Assembly (NCBI GenBank): GCA_012798795.1
Contig: JAAZMN010000038.1
Span: 1 to 38,774 of the forward strand
Origin: Bacillota bacterium
GTDB lineage: Bacteria > Bacillota > Limnochordia > Darwinibacteriales > DTU012
Reading direction: 5' to 3'
Length of the DNA: 38,774 nt
Made by a program: the position numbers and the translations under genes. The notes under the pieces are model-generated. The model saw only the letters and a list, made by a program, of their open reading frames with translations. It did no database searches and was not told the origin of the DNA. Numbering within the stretch: the first letter of the stretch is position 1; every line of letters starts with the position of its first letter. Below, in pieces: positions 17,491 to 26,807 of the stretch.

Positions 17491-18984
17491 ATGAAATTGA
17501 TATTTAAAGAAGTTGTACTAGGTCTGTTTTTAGCTATTATTGTTTTTTTAGCACTTCAGGGTTTTGATATTACTCCTATTATTTTATTGGGTGCTGCGAT
17601 ATTTATGATAAAAGTTTTATTAGGCAGTGGTATTCACAGTCGTCGTTTTGATGTTACAAACAACAGATATGCTTCTTTATCTTGTATTCCTAATATAGTT
17701 TTTGATGATATCGGTGGGCAAGAAGCTGCAAAACGGGAATTCATTGAGGCCCTAGATTTTATTCATTTAGATAAAAAAATAAGGGATTTAGGAATTAGGC
17801 CTTTAAAAGGAATTCTCTTGGTAGGTCCTCCTGGAACAGGTAAAACTTTAATGGCTAAAGCAGCGGCAAATTACACAGATTCGGTGTTTATCGCAGCTTC
17901 AGGCTCTCAATTTGTTGAAATGTATGCAGGAGTAGGGGCTCAAAGAGTACGTCAGCTTTTCAAAAAAGTATATGCAGATGCAGAAAAGGCAGGAAAAAAT
18001 ACAGGGATAGTTTTTATTGACGAAATTGACACTTTAGGTGCCAGGCGCGGAAAGAATTTAAGTCATATGGAATATGATCAAACATTAAATGAATTGCTGA
18101 CTCAGATAGATGGTATAAAAGTCAATCAAAAAATTCGCGTATTAGTCGTTGCAGCCACTAACCGGGCAGATTTACTGGATCCGGCACTAATACGTCCCGG
18201 CCGTTTTGATCGAATAGTCCAAGTTGAGCTGCCTGATAAAGACGGCAGACTCCATATTCTTAAAATACATGCACAGGGTAAGCCATTAGCAGATGATGTA
18301 AATTTAGACCAGATTGCTAAAGAAACATTTGGATTTTCTGGTGCTCATCTGGAAAGCGTGATGAATGAGGCTGCTATACAAGCTTTGAGAGCCGGGGAGA
18401 AGAAAATTACTCAAAATAATTTACGTGAAGCGTTAGAAAAGGTTATGTTAGGTGAAAAACTCGATCGTAAGCCCAGTATGAGAGAAAAGATTATCATTGC
18501 TTACCATGAATCTGGACACGCAATGCTGAGTGAAAAGGTGCAGACAGGTTCGGTTTCTGCAATTACCATTACATCAAGAGGAAATGCATTAGGATATATT
18601 CGGCGGCATCCGGAAGAAGATCAATATCTTTACACAAAAAGTGAATTACTGGATCAAATACAAATTTGTATGGCAGGGGCTACTGCAGAAGAAATAATAT
18701 TTGGTCAGCGTTCAACCGGCGCAATTGGAGACATTAAGCAGGCGATAAACATTGCTAAACAGCTCATATTTGCTGGATTAAGCAGTCTTGGAGTGGTAGA
18801 TGACGATTTGTCTGGAAGCATATTGTCCCAAGAGATTTCCAGGATTATTAAAGAACAGGAAGAGAAGGTAAGGGAATATTTAAGCTCATTTGAAGATAGA
18901 TTACGCATAATTGCTCAGGAATTGTTGGACAGAGAGAAGTTATCTGGGACAGAGTTTCGTAAAATATTAGGTAAAACCGCATAA
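17491..18984 (+). CDS. FtsH-like AAA+ zinc metalloprotease (short paralogue)
   Basis: GPPGTGKT, VFIDE, ATNR.DLLDPALIRPGRFDR, HESGH, STGAIGD. Confidence 0.9.
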   Translation: MKLIFKEVVLGLFLAIIVFLALQGFDITPIILLGAAIFMIKVLLGSGIHSRRFDVTNNRYASLSCIPNIVFDDIGGQEAAKREFIEALDFIHLDKKIRDLGIRPLKGILLVGPPGTGKTLMAKAAANYTDSVFIAASGSQFVEMYAGVGAQRVRQLFKKVYADAEKAGKNTGIVFIDEIDTLGARRGKNLSHMEYDQTLNELLTQIDGIKVNQKIRVLVVAATNRADLLDPALIRPGRFDRIVQVELPDKDGRLHILKIHAQGKPLADDVNLDQIAKETFGFSGAHLESVMNEAAIQALRAGEKKITQNNLREALEKVMLGEKLDRKPSMREKIIIAYHESGHAMLSEKVQTGSVSAITITSRGNALGYIRRHPEEDQYLYTKSELLDQIQICMAGATAEEIIFGQRSTGAIGDIKQAINIAKQLIFAGLSSLGVVDDDLSGSILSQEISRIIKEQEEKVREYLSSFEDRLRIIAQELLDREKLSGTEFRKILGKTA

Positions 18985-18996
18985 ACGAATCCCAAA

Positions 18997-19024
18997 CAGC
19001 CTCTGTTAAACAGAGGCTGCTTTA
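18997..19024 (+). terminator. Intrinsic terminator after ftsH-like gene
   Basis: CAGCCTCTGTT-a-AACAGAGGCTG then CTTTA. Confidence 0.65.
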
Positions 19025-19033
19025 TGCTATAAT
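19025..19033 (+). promoter_or_regulatory. Extended -10 sigmaA element for cysteine desulfurase
   Basis: TGcTATAAT, no clear -35. Confidence 0.55.
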
Positions 19034-19098
19034 CAAATTGTTTGGAACACATAGTTATATATTTTGGCATAAACTTCTATTGAGGTGAAAATACCAAT

Positions 19099-20247
19099 AT
19101 GGAAGTTATAGCAAATGAGCATTTGGAGTCAGAAAAGGTTTATTTGGATCATGCTGCAGCAACTCCAGTTGATCCGCAGGTTGTTTCTGTTATGTGTCAC
19201 TGGCTGACAGATGGCTATGGCAATCCATCAAGTTCCCATTCACTAGGGAGATTGAGCCGCAATGCCATTCAAAGAGCCAGACATCAGGTAGCAGAGTTAA
19301 TCGGTGCTTTGGACAGTGAAATAATTTTTACCAGCAGTGGTACGGAGTCGGATAATATGGCCTTGTGTGGGGTGTTAGCCGCTGCACCAAAATCTAGAAA
19401 AAGATTAATTACTTCTGCTATTGAACATTCTGCAATTTTAAGCAACATTAACCGGCTGGAAAGCGCTGGATATAAAGTCACTTTATTACCAGTAGATAAT
19501 TTGGGTAGAGTGGCTTGCAAAGACTTAGAACAAGCATTAGATAACGATGTTTCTTTGGTAAGTATCATGTATGCAAATAATGAAGTAGGTACTATTCAAG
19601 ATATTAAAAGGCATGTCGATATAGTAAAACCTTATAAAGCTCTATTTCATACTGATGCTGTTCAAGCTGTGGGATTATTACCCATAGACGTTAATGAACT
19701 CGGAGTTGATCTTTTATCTCTTTCCGCTCATAAGATTTACGGACCTAAAGGTATGGGCGCATTATATATTCGAGAAGGAGTCTTAATTAAACCTCTATTG
19801 GTAGGGGGAGGCCAAGAGTTTAATCTGCGGGCAGGAACAGAAAACGTTCCGGCAATAGTTGGATTAGGTGAAGCAGCCGAATTAGCCCGACAGCGATTGA
19901 AATATGTTGATAGATTGAAAAAATTGCGCGACTATTTACAGCAGGAATTGAACCGGATTCCCGGTATTATATTTTATGGTGATCCGGACAACAAATTACC
20001 CAACCACTGCTGCTTTAGCATAAGCGGCTATAAAGGAGCTAATTTAGTAGCAGCACTGGACTTAATAGGTTTTTATTGCTCAAGTGGGTCTGCTTGTCAT
20101 GGGCTTAAGCCTTCACATGTGTTACAAGCCATGGGAGTTGCACAAGACCATTATAATCAGGCAATAAGAGTTACACTAGGGTGGAGTAATACTATAGAAC
20201 AAATTCAGCGATTTTCAGCTGTCATTCAGGATTTAATTGCCGATTAA
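19099..20247 (+). CDS. iscS: Cysteine desulfurase, IscS/NifS group I
   Basis: YLDHAAAT, HTDAVQ, SAHKIYGPKG (PLP Lys), SSGSAC (catalytic Cys). Confidence 0.9.
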   Translation: MEVIANEHLESEKVYLDHAAATPVDPQVVSVMCHWLTDGYGNPSSSHSLGRLSRNAIQRARHQVAELIGALDSEIIFTSSGTESDNMALCGVLAAAPKSRKRLITSAIEHSAILSNINRLESAGYKVTLLPVDNLGRVACKDLEQALDNDVSLVSIMYANNEVGTIQDIKRHVDIVKPYKALFHTDAVQAVGLLPIDVNELGVDLLSLSAHKIYGPKGMGALYIREGVLIKPLLVGGGQEFNLRAGTENVPAIVGLGEAAELARQRLKYVDRLKKLRDYLQQELNRIPGIIFYGDPDNKLPNHCCFSISGYKGANLVAALDLIGFYCSSGSACHGLKPSHVLQAMGVAQDHYNQAIRVTLGWSNTIEQIQRFSAVIQDLIAD

Positions 20248-20679
20248 TGAAAGCAGCAGTGCAGTTATTCCTGCAGCCATAATCGGTCCGACGGATACAC
20301 CTCCGAAAAAGGCGACTGATATTACCACACCTAGAAGTATCCCGGGCATTATTTCTGGTTTATTACTTATAAATTGAACTCCTTGGGCATTTAAGTAAGC
20401 TCCGAGTAATCCGCCAATGATGGAGAAAAGACCTGCAGTAGAGCTGAATGTCTTAAACATATCTTGAATTGTAACTCTGCCTGTAGCAAAAGGTATTAAT
20501 AATGCGATTGACAAAAATAAGATACCGGCTTCTATACCTCGTCTTTCCAGCAGAGAATAGAACTGATGAAGATTCATTAAGTCGAGGATAAGGACAACTC
20601 CGGCAGCGGCTGCCAACAGATTGTTCTTTGTAAATATACTAATAATTAGAATTATTAATAATGGCCAAGTGTTATTCAA
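20233..20679 (-). CDS. DUF441 (UPF0756) membrane protein
   Basis: LIPFATG, VAFFGGVSVGPIMAAG; start reassigned to TTG 20679 after AAGGGGG. Confidence 0.85.
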   Translation of the reverse strand: MNNTWPLLIILIISIFTKNNLLAAAAGVVLILDLMNLHQFYSLLERRGIEAGILFLSIALLIPFATGRVTIQDMFKTFSSTAGLFSIIGGLLGAYLNAQGVQFISNKPEIMPGILLGVVISVAFFGGVSVGPIMAAGITALLLSLIGN

Positions 20680-20755
20680 AAGAGATTCCCCCTTAATTGT
20701 CCGTTTAATAGTTATTCGATCAGAGCATTTTTCATTCATGAAGGAGGAGATAGTA

Positions 20756-21202
20756 ATCAATAATTTTTATGCTAAAATTGGACAAAACCAAGTATTATTA
20801 ACTGCAATTATTGCATGGGCCATAGCTCAGATAGTTAAAACAGCCGTTGCTGCCTTAAAAGAAAAAAGAATTAATTTTCGCAGATTGGTAGAAACAGGAG
20901 GTATGCCCAGTTCGCATTCAACTTTTGTATCTTCATTGGCTACGGGGATAGGAGTAGTTGAAGGCTGGGATACGACAATGTTTGCTTTAGCAGCTGTCTT
21001 TGCCCTAATTGTAATGTATGATGCTGCTGGTGTAAGAAGAGCGGCAGGTCGACAAGCACGAGTATTGAATATAATAGTGGCGGATATTAACAAGAAGGAT
21101 TTTAAACCTGAGAGACTGAAGGAGTTACTAGGTCATACCCCCGTTGAGGTTTTTATAGGTGCTTTGTTTGGTATTCTTTTTACACTACATAGATTTATGT
21201 AG
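20756..21202 (+). CDS. Divergent PAP2 family protein (DUF212)
   Basis: GGMPSSHS, VMYDAAGVRRAAG, LKELLGHTP; start uncertain (ATC 20756 or ATG 20738). Confidence 0.9.
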   Translation: MNNFYAKIGQNQVLLTAIIAWAIAQIVKTAVAALKEKRINFRRLVETGGMPSSHSTFVSSLATGIGVVEGWDTTMFALAAVFALIVMYDAAGVRRAAGRQARVLNIIVADINKKDFKPERLKELLGHTPVEVFIGALFGILFTLHRFM

Positions 21203-21216
21203 ATTATGGTAACTTG

Positions 21217-21241
21217 GGGACCTGAAGAGTTTTCAGGTCCC
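21217..21241. terminator. Hairpin between convergent genes
   Basis: GGGACCTGAA-gagtt-TTCAGGTCCC. Confidence 0.6.
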
Positions 21242-21247
21242 TGTGCT

Positions 21248-22231
21248 TCAATCTAAACTTACAATAACCGGTTGGGCCCGATAACCTGTTACTTTTGCAG
21301 AAAATGAGGCTACCGTGTAATTTATTATTGCTGGCAGCTCTTCTAAATCAGTAAGGTCATGTGTAAATTCAGTTATACTGGCATCTACATGAGTTATTAG
21401 TTCGAATGGCTCAAATGGGGATATCTGCCAATAGATGTTGTGCCCGACTAGTGATTCAAAGGAGTTAATATCCCATGTTATACATACTCTGTTTTCACTG
21501 TAAAGTGCTGTTAGATTCGTTGGTGCCGGGGGAACCATAAATATATCTACTGATATATATAGATCCTGCATAAACGGACTCCAAACCAGAGTTTGTTCAC
21601 TCAAAGGTTCAATATGAATTGTCTGCCAAATTCCTGGATCAATTTTATCACCTACGCGAAATGATTCGGTGAATAATTCTACCTTAAAATCATAACTACC
21701 CGGTGGAATACTGTACTGTGCTTTCAAGGGTTCTTGCGGTGTGTCTCGTATTATTTCTTTGATTTCATCGTTGAAATGAACTCTAGCACGCAGAACTTGC
21801 TCTGCTTGAGGGAAATTGTCTATCTCTATGATTACTTGTACCAATCCTTCGGCAGGACTCAATTGGAAATTAATAAAAACTGGTTTGTCAGGATAGATAG
21901 TGATATCTTTCAATGAATCTTGGTAATTTACAATATCGTTATCATCCACTAGATACATAGAGATATTCCAGGTACCTACGGGGATTTTTATTTCTGATGA
22001 AAAATCGGTACCGACAACTTCTATAGTTTGAGATAATTCATGTTTACCTCGAGAGAATATAATATGGGCGGTCCAATTGCTTTCTATTCGTTCTGGGATA
22101 CCGGTAGTGGTGACTGTTATAGTGCCGAGATCTTTAGGAGTAATCAGTGAGCTGGATATGCAGCCTGATAAAAACAGCGCTGCAAGCCATATTATACAAC
22201 TAAATAGACACAAGCGAGTTTGTCTTATCAA
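21248..22231 (-). CDS. Lipoprotein with beta-rich domains and C-terminal FN3-like domain
   Basis: Signal peptide with LSGC lipobox; PPAPTNLTA...ITW...HNIY...YTVA; GAGGAGG RBS. Confidence 0.75.
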   Translation of the reverse strand: MIRQTRLCLFSCIIWLAALFLSGCISSSLITPKDLGTITVTTTGIPERIESNWTAHIIFSRGKHELSQTIEVVGTDFSSEIKIPVGTWNISMYLVDDNDIVNYQDSLKDITIYPDKPVFINFQLSPAEGLVQVIIEIDNFPQAEQVLRARVHFNDEIKEIIRDTPQEPLKAQYSIPPGSYDFKVELFTESFRVGDKIDPGIWQTIHIEPLSEQTLVWSPFMQDLYISVDIFMVPPAPTNLTALYSENRVCITWDINSFESLVGHNIYWQISPFEPFELITHVDASITEFTHDLTDLEELPAIINYTVASFSAKVTGYRAQPVIVSLD

Positions 22232-22266
22232 ATCAGAACCTCCTCAGACTCTCCCTTGGTAACCGA

Positions 22267-22295
22267 ATTATAGCACAAATCTGAAAATTTGTAAA
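22267..22295 (-). promoter_or_regulatory. sigmaA promoter of the lipoprotein gene
   Basis: Minus strand TTTACA-N17-TATAAT with TG extension. Confidence 0.75.
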
Positions 22296-22312
22296 TAGGA
22301 AGGTGAATAATT

Positions 22313-23548
22313 TTGAAAGCAGAAATTGTAATGATTGGAACAGAATTATTGTTAGGAAATACAGTGGACACTAATGCTGTATTTATTGCGGAAGAATTGG
22401 CGAAATTGGGAATCGATATTTATTATAAATCCACTGTCGGTGATAATTGGCTGCGAATGATTGAAGTTTTATCTCAAGCTCTCAGTAGATCCGATTTAGT
22501 GATCACCAGCGGTGGGCTTGGTCCGACTACTGATGATCTAACAAGAGAAGCAGTTGCGGCCTTAGTTAATCGCAAACTTAAGCTTAATCAGACTGCACTT
22601 AAAGATATTCAGATGTATTTTAGCAGAACGAATCGGACTATGAGTGCTAATAACAAAAAACAGGCGTATATACCTGATGGCGCTGTCGGTATTAAGAACA
22701 AATGGGGAACTGCACCCGGAATATTATTGGAAATGCCGCATAACAAACTGATTATTTCACTACCAGGTGTTCCTAGGGAACTAAAAGGGATGTTTCATGA
22801 GAGCGTAGTTCCTTTTTTGCAAGCAAAGATTCAAAAAAGTTGTTTGTTGTCCCGTACTCTCAAGTTTGTTGGAATCGGCGAATCGCATTTAGTAGAAATT
22901 ATTAATGATGTAATTATTAACCAAACAAATCCTACTGTTGCTCCTTATGCTTCACTAGGTGAAGTTAAAGTTCGCATTACCGCAAAAGCAGAATCTGAAA
23001 GTAAAGCTCAGGCGTTGATTCAGCCTGTAGAAGAACAGCTTAAACTTCTTTTGGAACCATATTTTTATGGTGTTGATCAAGATACACTTGAAGGAGTAAT
23101 CGGTGCAAGACTTAAAACAAGAAACGAGACATTAGCTTGTGCTGAATCCTGCACCGGAGGTTTAATTGCTCATCGGATCACAAATATACCCGGCAGTTCA
23201 GATTATTTCGAACGGGGTTATATTACATACAGCAATAAAGCAAAAGTAGAAATATTAGGCGTTGATTCGGATTTAATAAAATCTGTGGGTGCGGTCAGTA
23301 AAGAGGTAGCAATTGCAATGGCAGTCGGTGCACAGAAAACAGCTAATACAACTTGGGGTTTAGCAGTGACGGGAATAGCTGGCCCGAGTGGTGCAACCGA
23401 GGAAAAACCAGTTGGATTAGTACACATAGCAGTTGCTCGAAACGGTCATACTAAATCTAAGGTGTATAATTTTAGCGGAAATAGAGAAGAAATAAAATTC
23501 CGCGCTTCTCAAGAAGCACTGAATTTATTGCGTCAATCTATAGAGTAG
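22313..23548 (+). CDS. cinA: Competence/damage-inducible protein CinA (NMN deamidase fusion)
   Basis: IGTELLLG, GGLGPTTDDLT, LPGVPRE, AESCTGG, TGIAGP. Confidence 0.96.
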   Translation: MKAEIVMIGTELLLGNTVDTNAVFIAEELAKLGIDIYYKSTVGDNWLRMIEVLSQALSRSDLVITSGGLGPTTDDLTREAVAALVNRKLKLNQTALKDIQMYFSRTNRTMSANNKKQAYIPDGAVGIKNKWGTAPGILLEMPHNKLIISLPGVPRELKGMFHESVVPFLQAKIQKSCLLSRTLKFVGIGESHLVEIINDVIINQTNPTVAPYASLGEVKVRITAKAESESKAQALIQPVEEQLKLLLEPYFYGVDQDTLEGVIGARLKTRNETLACAESCTGGLIAHRITNIPGSSDYFERGYITYSNKAKVEILGVDSDLIKSVGAVSKEVAIAMAVGAQKTANTTWGLAVTGIAGPSGATEEKPVGLVHIAVARNGHTKSKVYNFSGNREEIKFRASQEALNLLRQSIE

Positions 23549-23570
23549 TTGATTTTCGGAGGTCTTTAGT

Positions 23571-25052
23571 ATGGCTTTCAGATCCGAAGACTATACGGCC
23601 AGGCAAGTGGTTTATCAGCGTCGGAAGAAACATTTACCGACTCTTTTTGCTGTATTAGGAGCTATTGTGCTGATTAATTTAGTCGGGACAATCAGTTTTC
23701 AAATTGCTCCTATTGAGTTGTCTGTTACTGCGAGTATTGGTATACCCGGTTACACTCGATTAACAATACCTCCTATAGGCAGTATAAGTGCGTCGACTCA
23801 CCGCCAGCCGGTTAAGATAACAGTTGCCTTACAAAACATTGATTTAGAAGGCCTCAAAGATTTGGTCTCTGAGGCAGAAACCGATGCACAAACCATATTA
23901 ATCAGTCATTTTAGCAGTAGAATTAAAAAGACTGTTGTTTTATTACTGCTAAAATATATGGGTATTGCAGGTATCGGTGGAATGCTGGGGGTACTGATTT
24001 TAGGCAAAAGATCGCAGCGGGATTTATTTACTGGCTTTATGATCGGCAGTATATTATTGGGTGTGTTAATTGGTACTATATACTTCAGTTTTAATGTCCA
24101 AGCCTTTCAACATCCTAAATATCAGGGGATTATTGAAGCTGCTCCATGGATGATAAATTTAATTGAAGAAAGTATTGTAAAGGTAGGGGAATTAGGTGAA
24201 TTGATTCGAAGTTTGGCTGACAACTTATATTCAGTTTTTAATCAAATAGAAAACTTAAAAGGTGTCGGGATTTTAACCGCTGATCTAATGGTATTACATG
24301 TATCGGATATTCATAATCATCCTGTTGCTTATGATTTTGTTCGACAGGTTATACAGAGCTTTCCTATTGATTTAGTTATTGATACCGGTGATCTTACTGA
24401 TTTGGGCAGTCCTTTGGAGGCAGATATTGTAAAGCAAATTGAGCAGTTAGGTGTAACTTATGTTTTTATTTCAGGTAATCATGATACTCCTGATGTCATT
24501 GAGCGTTTAGAGCAAACCGAAAATGTAATTCTCATTGACACTGATTTAAAACACATTTTGGGACTAAGCATAGCCGGAATAGATGATCCGTCAGCAGATA
24601 GTTATTCGTCTAGGACTGCTCCTACTGAAGAACTAATTGAGTTGGCTGGAGAGATCAATGACAAATACCGAAATGAACAGCCACCGGATATATTTTGCGT
24701 TCATAATCATCGGATTGCATCACTGCTTGAGCCGGGGATATTTCCTATAGTTTTATACGGACATAATCATATTCAGTCCTTTGATCAAGTTGACGATACG
24801 GTGTACATAAATGCAGGAACTACCGGTGCAGCCGGCATTAGAGGATTACAGAGTAAAGAACCGGTTCCATTCAGTTTATCAATCCTTTATTTTTTATCTG
24901 ACGTGGAGCAAAACACATATCATCTTACAGCTGTTGACAGTATGCAAGTTCAAGGATTAGAAGTCAGTTTTTCTTTGGAACGAACTTTCATTTCACAAAA
25001 GGGAAGGAATCAGATGGAAAATGTCGAAGATTTTAATCAAATATTTGACTAG
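23571..25052 (+). CDS. Membrane-anchored metallophosphoesterase
   Basis: Three N-terminal TMs; VSDIH, DTGD, GNHD, GHNH. Confidence 0.85.
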   Translation: MAFRSEDYTARQVVYQRRKKHLPTLFAVLGAIVLINLVGTISFQIAPIELSVTASIGIPGYTRLTIPPIGSISASTHRQPVKITVALQNIDLEGLKDLVSEAETDAQTILISHFSSRIKKTVVLLLLKYMGIAGIGGMLGVLILGKRSQRDLFTGFMIGSILLGVLIGTIYFSFNVQAFQHPKYQGIIEAAPWMINLIEESIVKVGELGELIRSLADNLYSVFNQIENLKGVGILTADLMVLHVSDIHNHPVAYDFVRQVIQSFPIDLVIDTGDLTDLGSPLEADIVKQIEQLGVTYVFISGNHDTPDVIERLEQTENVILIDTDLKHILGLSIAGIDDPSADSYSSRTAPTEELIELAGEINDKYRNEQPPDIFCVHNHRIASLLEPGIFPIVLYGHNHIQSFDQVDDTVYINAGTTGAAGIRGLQSKEPVPFSLSILYFLSDVEQNTYHLTAVDSMQVQGLEVSFSLERTFISQKGRNQMENVEDFNQIFD

Positions 25053-25143
25053 TATAAGGTGTGACTGCTGATTTCTCGGAAGAAATCACTGGCCCCTCTT
25101 AGTTTTTGCCAGTTGTTTTCCTCCTTTTTATTTGCTGCAGGGG

Positions 25144-25157
25144 CGAACAAAGGTTTC
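25144..25157 (+). promoter_or_regulatory. LexA (Cheo) box upstream of recA
   Basis: CGAAC-aaag-GTTTC vs Firmicute consensus CGAAC-N4-GTTCG. Confidence 0.65.
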
Positions 25158-25189
25158 TAATATTTTGTATAGGGAGTGAGAAACAGATT

Positions 25190-26227
25190 ATGAATGATGA
25201 GCGAGCAAGGGCGTTAAATACTGCAATATCTCAGATTGAAAAGCAGTTTGGTAAGGGTTCTATTATGAAACTTGGTGAATCTTCGCTAAAACTAAACGTC
25301 GATGTGATACCAACGGGTTCTTTGGCTTTGGATATTGCTCTTGGTATAGGGGGAATCCCTAGAGGAAGGGTTATTGAAATATATGGTCCGGAGAGTTCCG
25401 GAAAAACTACATTAGCATTGCATATTATGGCTGAGGCACAAAAAGCGGGCGGTGTTGCCGCTATGATTGATGTGGAACATGCTCTTGATCCGATATATGC
25501 CAGGAAACTCGGAGTTGATATTGATAATCTATTAATATCACAGCCTGATCATGCGGAACAAGCTTTAGAAATAGCTGAACATTTGGTTCGCAGTGGTGCT
25601 GTTGATGTAGTAGTAATTGATTCGGTAGCGGCATTAGTTCCCAGGGCTGAGATTGAAGGAGAAATGGGAGATGCTCATGTCGGATTGCAGGCACGATTAA
25701 TGTCGCAAGCTTTGAGAAAGCTGGCAGGAGCTATCAGTAAATCACAGGCTACAGTAATATTTACCAATCAACTGCGTGAAAAAGTAGGTATCATGTTTGG
25801 GAATCCGGAGGTTACTCCTGGCGGAAGAGCTTTAAAATTTTATGCATCTGTAAGACTCGATATTCGTAGAATTGAAACATTAAAACACAATAATGAAATG
25901 GTTGGAAATCGGACAAGAGTCAGGGTTCTAAAAAATAAGTTAGCTCCGCCGTTTAAGGAAGCCGAATTTGATATTATGTATGGCGAGGGTATTTCCCGCG
26001 AGGGAAGTCTTATAGACATGGCATCAGATTTAGATATTATCAATAAAAGTGGCGCTTGGTACTCTTACGGTGAAATAAGATTAGGTCAGGGACGTGAGAA
26101 TGCAAAGGATTTTCTGCGGCAAAACCCTGAGTTGACTGAAGAAATTGAGCATAAGGTTAAGGAAAAATGTGGATTGATTAAGGCTGACAACAAGAATGAA
26201 AAAGCAACCGAAAAGAAAAAATCCTAA
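25190..26227 (+). CDS. recA: Recombinase RecA
   Basis: [34 protein letters not shown]; ATG 25190 after AGGGAG. Confidence 0.99.
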   Translation: MNDERARALNTAISQIEKQFGKGSIMKLGESSLKLNVDVIPTGSLALDIALGIGGIPRGRVIEIYGPESSGKTTLALHIMAEAQKAGGVAAMIDVEHALDPIYARKLGVDIDNLLISQPDHAEQALEIAEHLVRSGAVDVVVIDSVAALVPRAEIEGEMGDAHVGLQARLMSQALRKLAGAISKSQATVIFTNQLREKVGIMFGNPEVTPGGRALKFYASVRLDIRRIETLKHNNEMVGNRTRVRVLKNKLAPPFKEAEFDIMYGEGISREGSLIDMASDLDIINKSGAWYSYGEIRLGQGRENAKDFLRQNPELTEEIEHKVKEKCGLIKADNKNEKATEKKKS

Positions 26228-26678
26228 AAATAAAGCTTTACGTCTATTAACAGTGAGAAATCTTACTTGTGAGGAATTAACTGAGAAACTTCGCAGAGAC
26301 GGTTTTACATCAAAGGAGATTGAGCCGGTAATTCAATGGTTGAAAGAACTCGGTTATTTGGATGATAAGAAGACAGCAGCGTCTTGGGTGGACTATCGTA
26401 ATCGGTATCGACCGACAGGGATATATGGGTTAAAATATGAGCTACGTAAAAAGGGAGTAGCTTCGGATATCATTGACGATGTAGTTAATTCATCAGAACA
26501 GGATTATAAACTTGCTCTGAAGTTAGCTTCAGATAGACTCAAAACACTAAACAGATTGCCTGTAAAAAAACAGTATCAGCGGATTGGCGGATTACTATCC
26601 AGACGTGGTTTTAGCTGGGATGTAATTAGAAGTGTTTTGGATGTTTTATTTGGCTCGTCTCTTGACAGTGATCTATAA
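26196..26678 (+). CDS. recX: Regulatory protein RecX
   Basis: Overlaps recA end; ALRLL, GYLDD, ELRKKGV, LSRRGF. Confidence 0.9.
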   Translation: MKKQPKRKNPKNKALRLLTVRNLTCEELTEKLRRDGFTSKEIEPVIQWLKELGYLDDKKTAASWVDYRNRYRPTGIYGLKYELRKKGVASDIIDDVVNSSEQDYKLALKLASDRLKTLNRLPVKKQYQRIGGLLSRRGFSWDVIRSVLDVLFGSSLDSDL

Positions 26679-26690
26679 AAGGTCTACAAT
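26662..26690 (+). promoter_or_regulatory. sigmaA promoter of rny, overlapping recX 3' end
   Basis: TTGACA-N17-TACAAT. Confidence 0.8.
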
Positions 26691-26807
26691 TAATTAGAAC
26701 GTATTTTTTATTAAATGAGGTCTAAGATATATAGTTGTTGGTTGTTAAACCGACTAATGAGGCCGAGTTTTATACTCGGCTTTATCTAATCTTGGCATTC
26801 ACAGGAG

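Noticed and set aside
20621-20760. Head-to-head overlap of DUF441 and DUF212 ORFs
   Set aside because: Artefact of longest-ORF calling; RBS-supported starts leave a 76-bp gap.
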